NCBI GenBank assembly: GCA_037442485.1
Contig: JBBIQE010000005.1
Coordinates: 1 to 58,683, forward strand
Origin: Candidatus Methylomirabilis sp.
GTDB lineage: Bacteria > Methylomirabilota > Methylomirabilia > Methylomirabilales > 2-02-FULL-66-22
Reading direction: 5' to 3'
Length of the DNA stretch: 58,683 nucleotides
The translations under genes were made by a program, and so were the position numbers. Positions 57,422-58,683 of this stretch are shown here, piece by piece. The stretch's first letter is position 1. Every line of letters begins with the position of its first letter. Below the pieces are notes generated by a model. It ran no database searches, was not told where the DNA came from, and worked only from the letters and a program-made list of their open reading frames with translations.

Positions 57422-58673
57422 TGAGAGTGAGTCATTCTACGCAGCCGCTTGGGCTGCCTCCTGCATGCGAAGCGCGGCCTCGAATTCCTGTGGGCTCCGG
57501 TAGCCGAGCGCCGAGTGCACGTACCGCTGGGTGTCGTCCACCGCGATCCCCTGGGCGATGACCTCCCGCGCCGCCTCCAGGCTCGTGCACTCCCGCAGCC
57601 AGAGCCGCTCTTCCTCGATCGTCCGCATCAGCCGCTCGGTTTCGGCGTTGCCCTTCGGGTTATCAGAGCTGGTGAAGACCTGCTCGATCCCCAACCGGCT
57701 CAGGGTGGCCATGAACCGGGTCGCGGTCGGTTGGCTCCCGTTGTCGGAGACCAGCCTCAGCCCGGCCCCCCGCCCCCCCTGCGGGCATGCGGCCTGGACC
57801 GCCTGGGCCCGGGCCGCCTCCCACTCCTGCCGGCGGCTGCGGAGGGCCAGGTTCCAGCCGACGATCTTCTTCGGGTACCCGTCCCGCCCGATGCCCACGG
57901 ACGCCCAGCCCAGGGCGGGGAGCAGGCACGTCGTCCTGTCGATCCCCCCGTACGGCCGGGGCCGGGTGGCCGTCGGCTGCGCCTGGGGCGTCCGCGGCGC
58001 GGTATGAGGCGCCCGCTTGAGGGTCCAGCCGGCCGCCCGCATCAGCCGGTACCCCCGCTTCGTATGGACGCGGAGCCCCTCCCGGTACCGCAGCCCGGCC
58101 CACACCCGCCGGGTACCCGCTTTGCGGGTGCCCAGAAGGGATGGGCCTCCGGGATCGGGCGGAGCCGCGCCCGGAGCGCCGCATCGGGGGGATTCGGCAG
58201 GGCCGCCGGCACCGGGCGCTCTTGCCGAGCGGCCTAGGAGCCGCTCCGGGACAGCCCGAGGATCCGGCAGGCTGCCGCCACCGACCACCCGGCCTCCCGC
58301 AGCGCGTCCACCGGGGCCACCGCCGCCCGACCAGTTCGTCGGTTTTTTTTAACAGCTCAATGGCCACGGCTTGTTTGCCGATGAGACGCTGGAGCGTCTC
58401 GATCTCGCGCCGGAGCGCCTCCTCCGTGTTCGGGATCCCATGGGTCACGGCCCGCGGGCCCCCTTCCAGGAAGCGATCCCGCCACTGGTCGGACTGGGTC
58501 TGAGCACTCTGATGCTCCCGGCAAAGCTCGGCGACCGGTTTGGCCCCCTTCAGTCCCTCCAGCACGATGGCGAGCTTCTCCTCGGCGGTCCACTTGCGCC
58601 CCTTCATCTTGGACACCTCCTTCGGTCAGTGTTGCATCCTCCGCACTCACTCTCGAACGTGTCCACTCTCTCA
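57422..58673 (-). mobile_element. IS3-family insertion sequence (decayed)
   Basis: orfA HTH (KWTAEEKLAIVLEGL..AELCREH) is followed by an A8 slippery run and then an orfB rve/DDE core (..SDNGSQPTATRF..DNPKGNAETERL). The ends read TGAGAG...CTCTCA with flanking GGGGG on both sides. An inner 10-bp inverted repeat GAGAGTGAGT lies at 57423-57432 and 58645-58654. Confidence 0.75.
57437..58616 (-). pseudogene. IS3 transposase orfAB with extra lesions
   Basis: After a -1 shift at T8 58343-58350 (A AAA AAA on the coding strand), the orfB frame reads VDALREAGWSVAAACRILGLSRSGS then TAG (58234-58236). A further 1-nt shift near 58131-58134 is needed to reach RRVWAGLRYREGLRVHTKRGYRLMR. Confidence 0.7.
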
Positions 58674-58683
58674 GGGGGGCGGT

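Overview
The window is a visibly GC-rich bacterial chromosomal fragment, roughly two-thirds G+C by eye (not computed). It is densely coding and mostly transcribed on the minus strand. I found no rRNA, tRNA or CRISPR array.

Gene content:
- Histidine utilisation genes: hutI and hutU, with hutH about 8 kb away.
- Two LIV-type amino-acid ABC importers and one PotABCD-like ABC importer.
- A Lon-like AAA+ protease.
- A SagB-type nitroreductase paired with a radical-SAM enzyme.
- A co-directional operon of about 12.5 kb: iolB-like, split transketolase, aldehyde:ferredoxin oxidoreductase (AOR), short-chain dehydrogenase (SDR), LIV ABC and two-subunit aconitase X.
- A co-directional cluster of about 16 kb with inositol/aminocyclitol-type genes: LacI regulator, DegT aminotransferase, 2x Gfo/Idh/MocA, 2x IMPase-family, 2x TIM-barrel isomerase, creatininase-family and ABC importer.
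- ferritin, RidA and purN.
- Five toxin-antitoxin-like pairs.
- A decayed IS3-family element.

Most notable observations:
1. Two genes that ORF callers truncate each carry an in-frame UGA exactly where their family has a conserved Cys. Each UGA is followed at the same spacing by a stem-loop that looks like a bacterial selenocysteine insertion sequence (SECIS). One gene is a membrane-anchored DUF1573-like protein and the other is a C_GCAxxG_C_C family protein. Both are candidate unannotated selenoproteins.
2. Several families of intergenic palindromic repeats are present. One 172-bp MITE-like copy has an 8-bp target duplication that split an ATGA stop/start overlap between two operon genes.
3. 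A lower-GC island of about 2.1 kb is bounded by near-identical direct repeats and abuts a truncated ABC permease gene.

Several genes show single-base frame disruptions, so assembly indel errors cannot be excluded. All family calls come from reading motifs in the translations, not from database searches.
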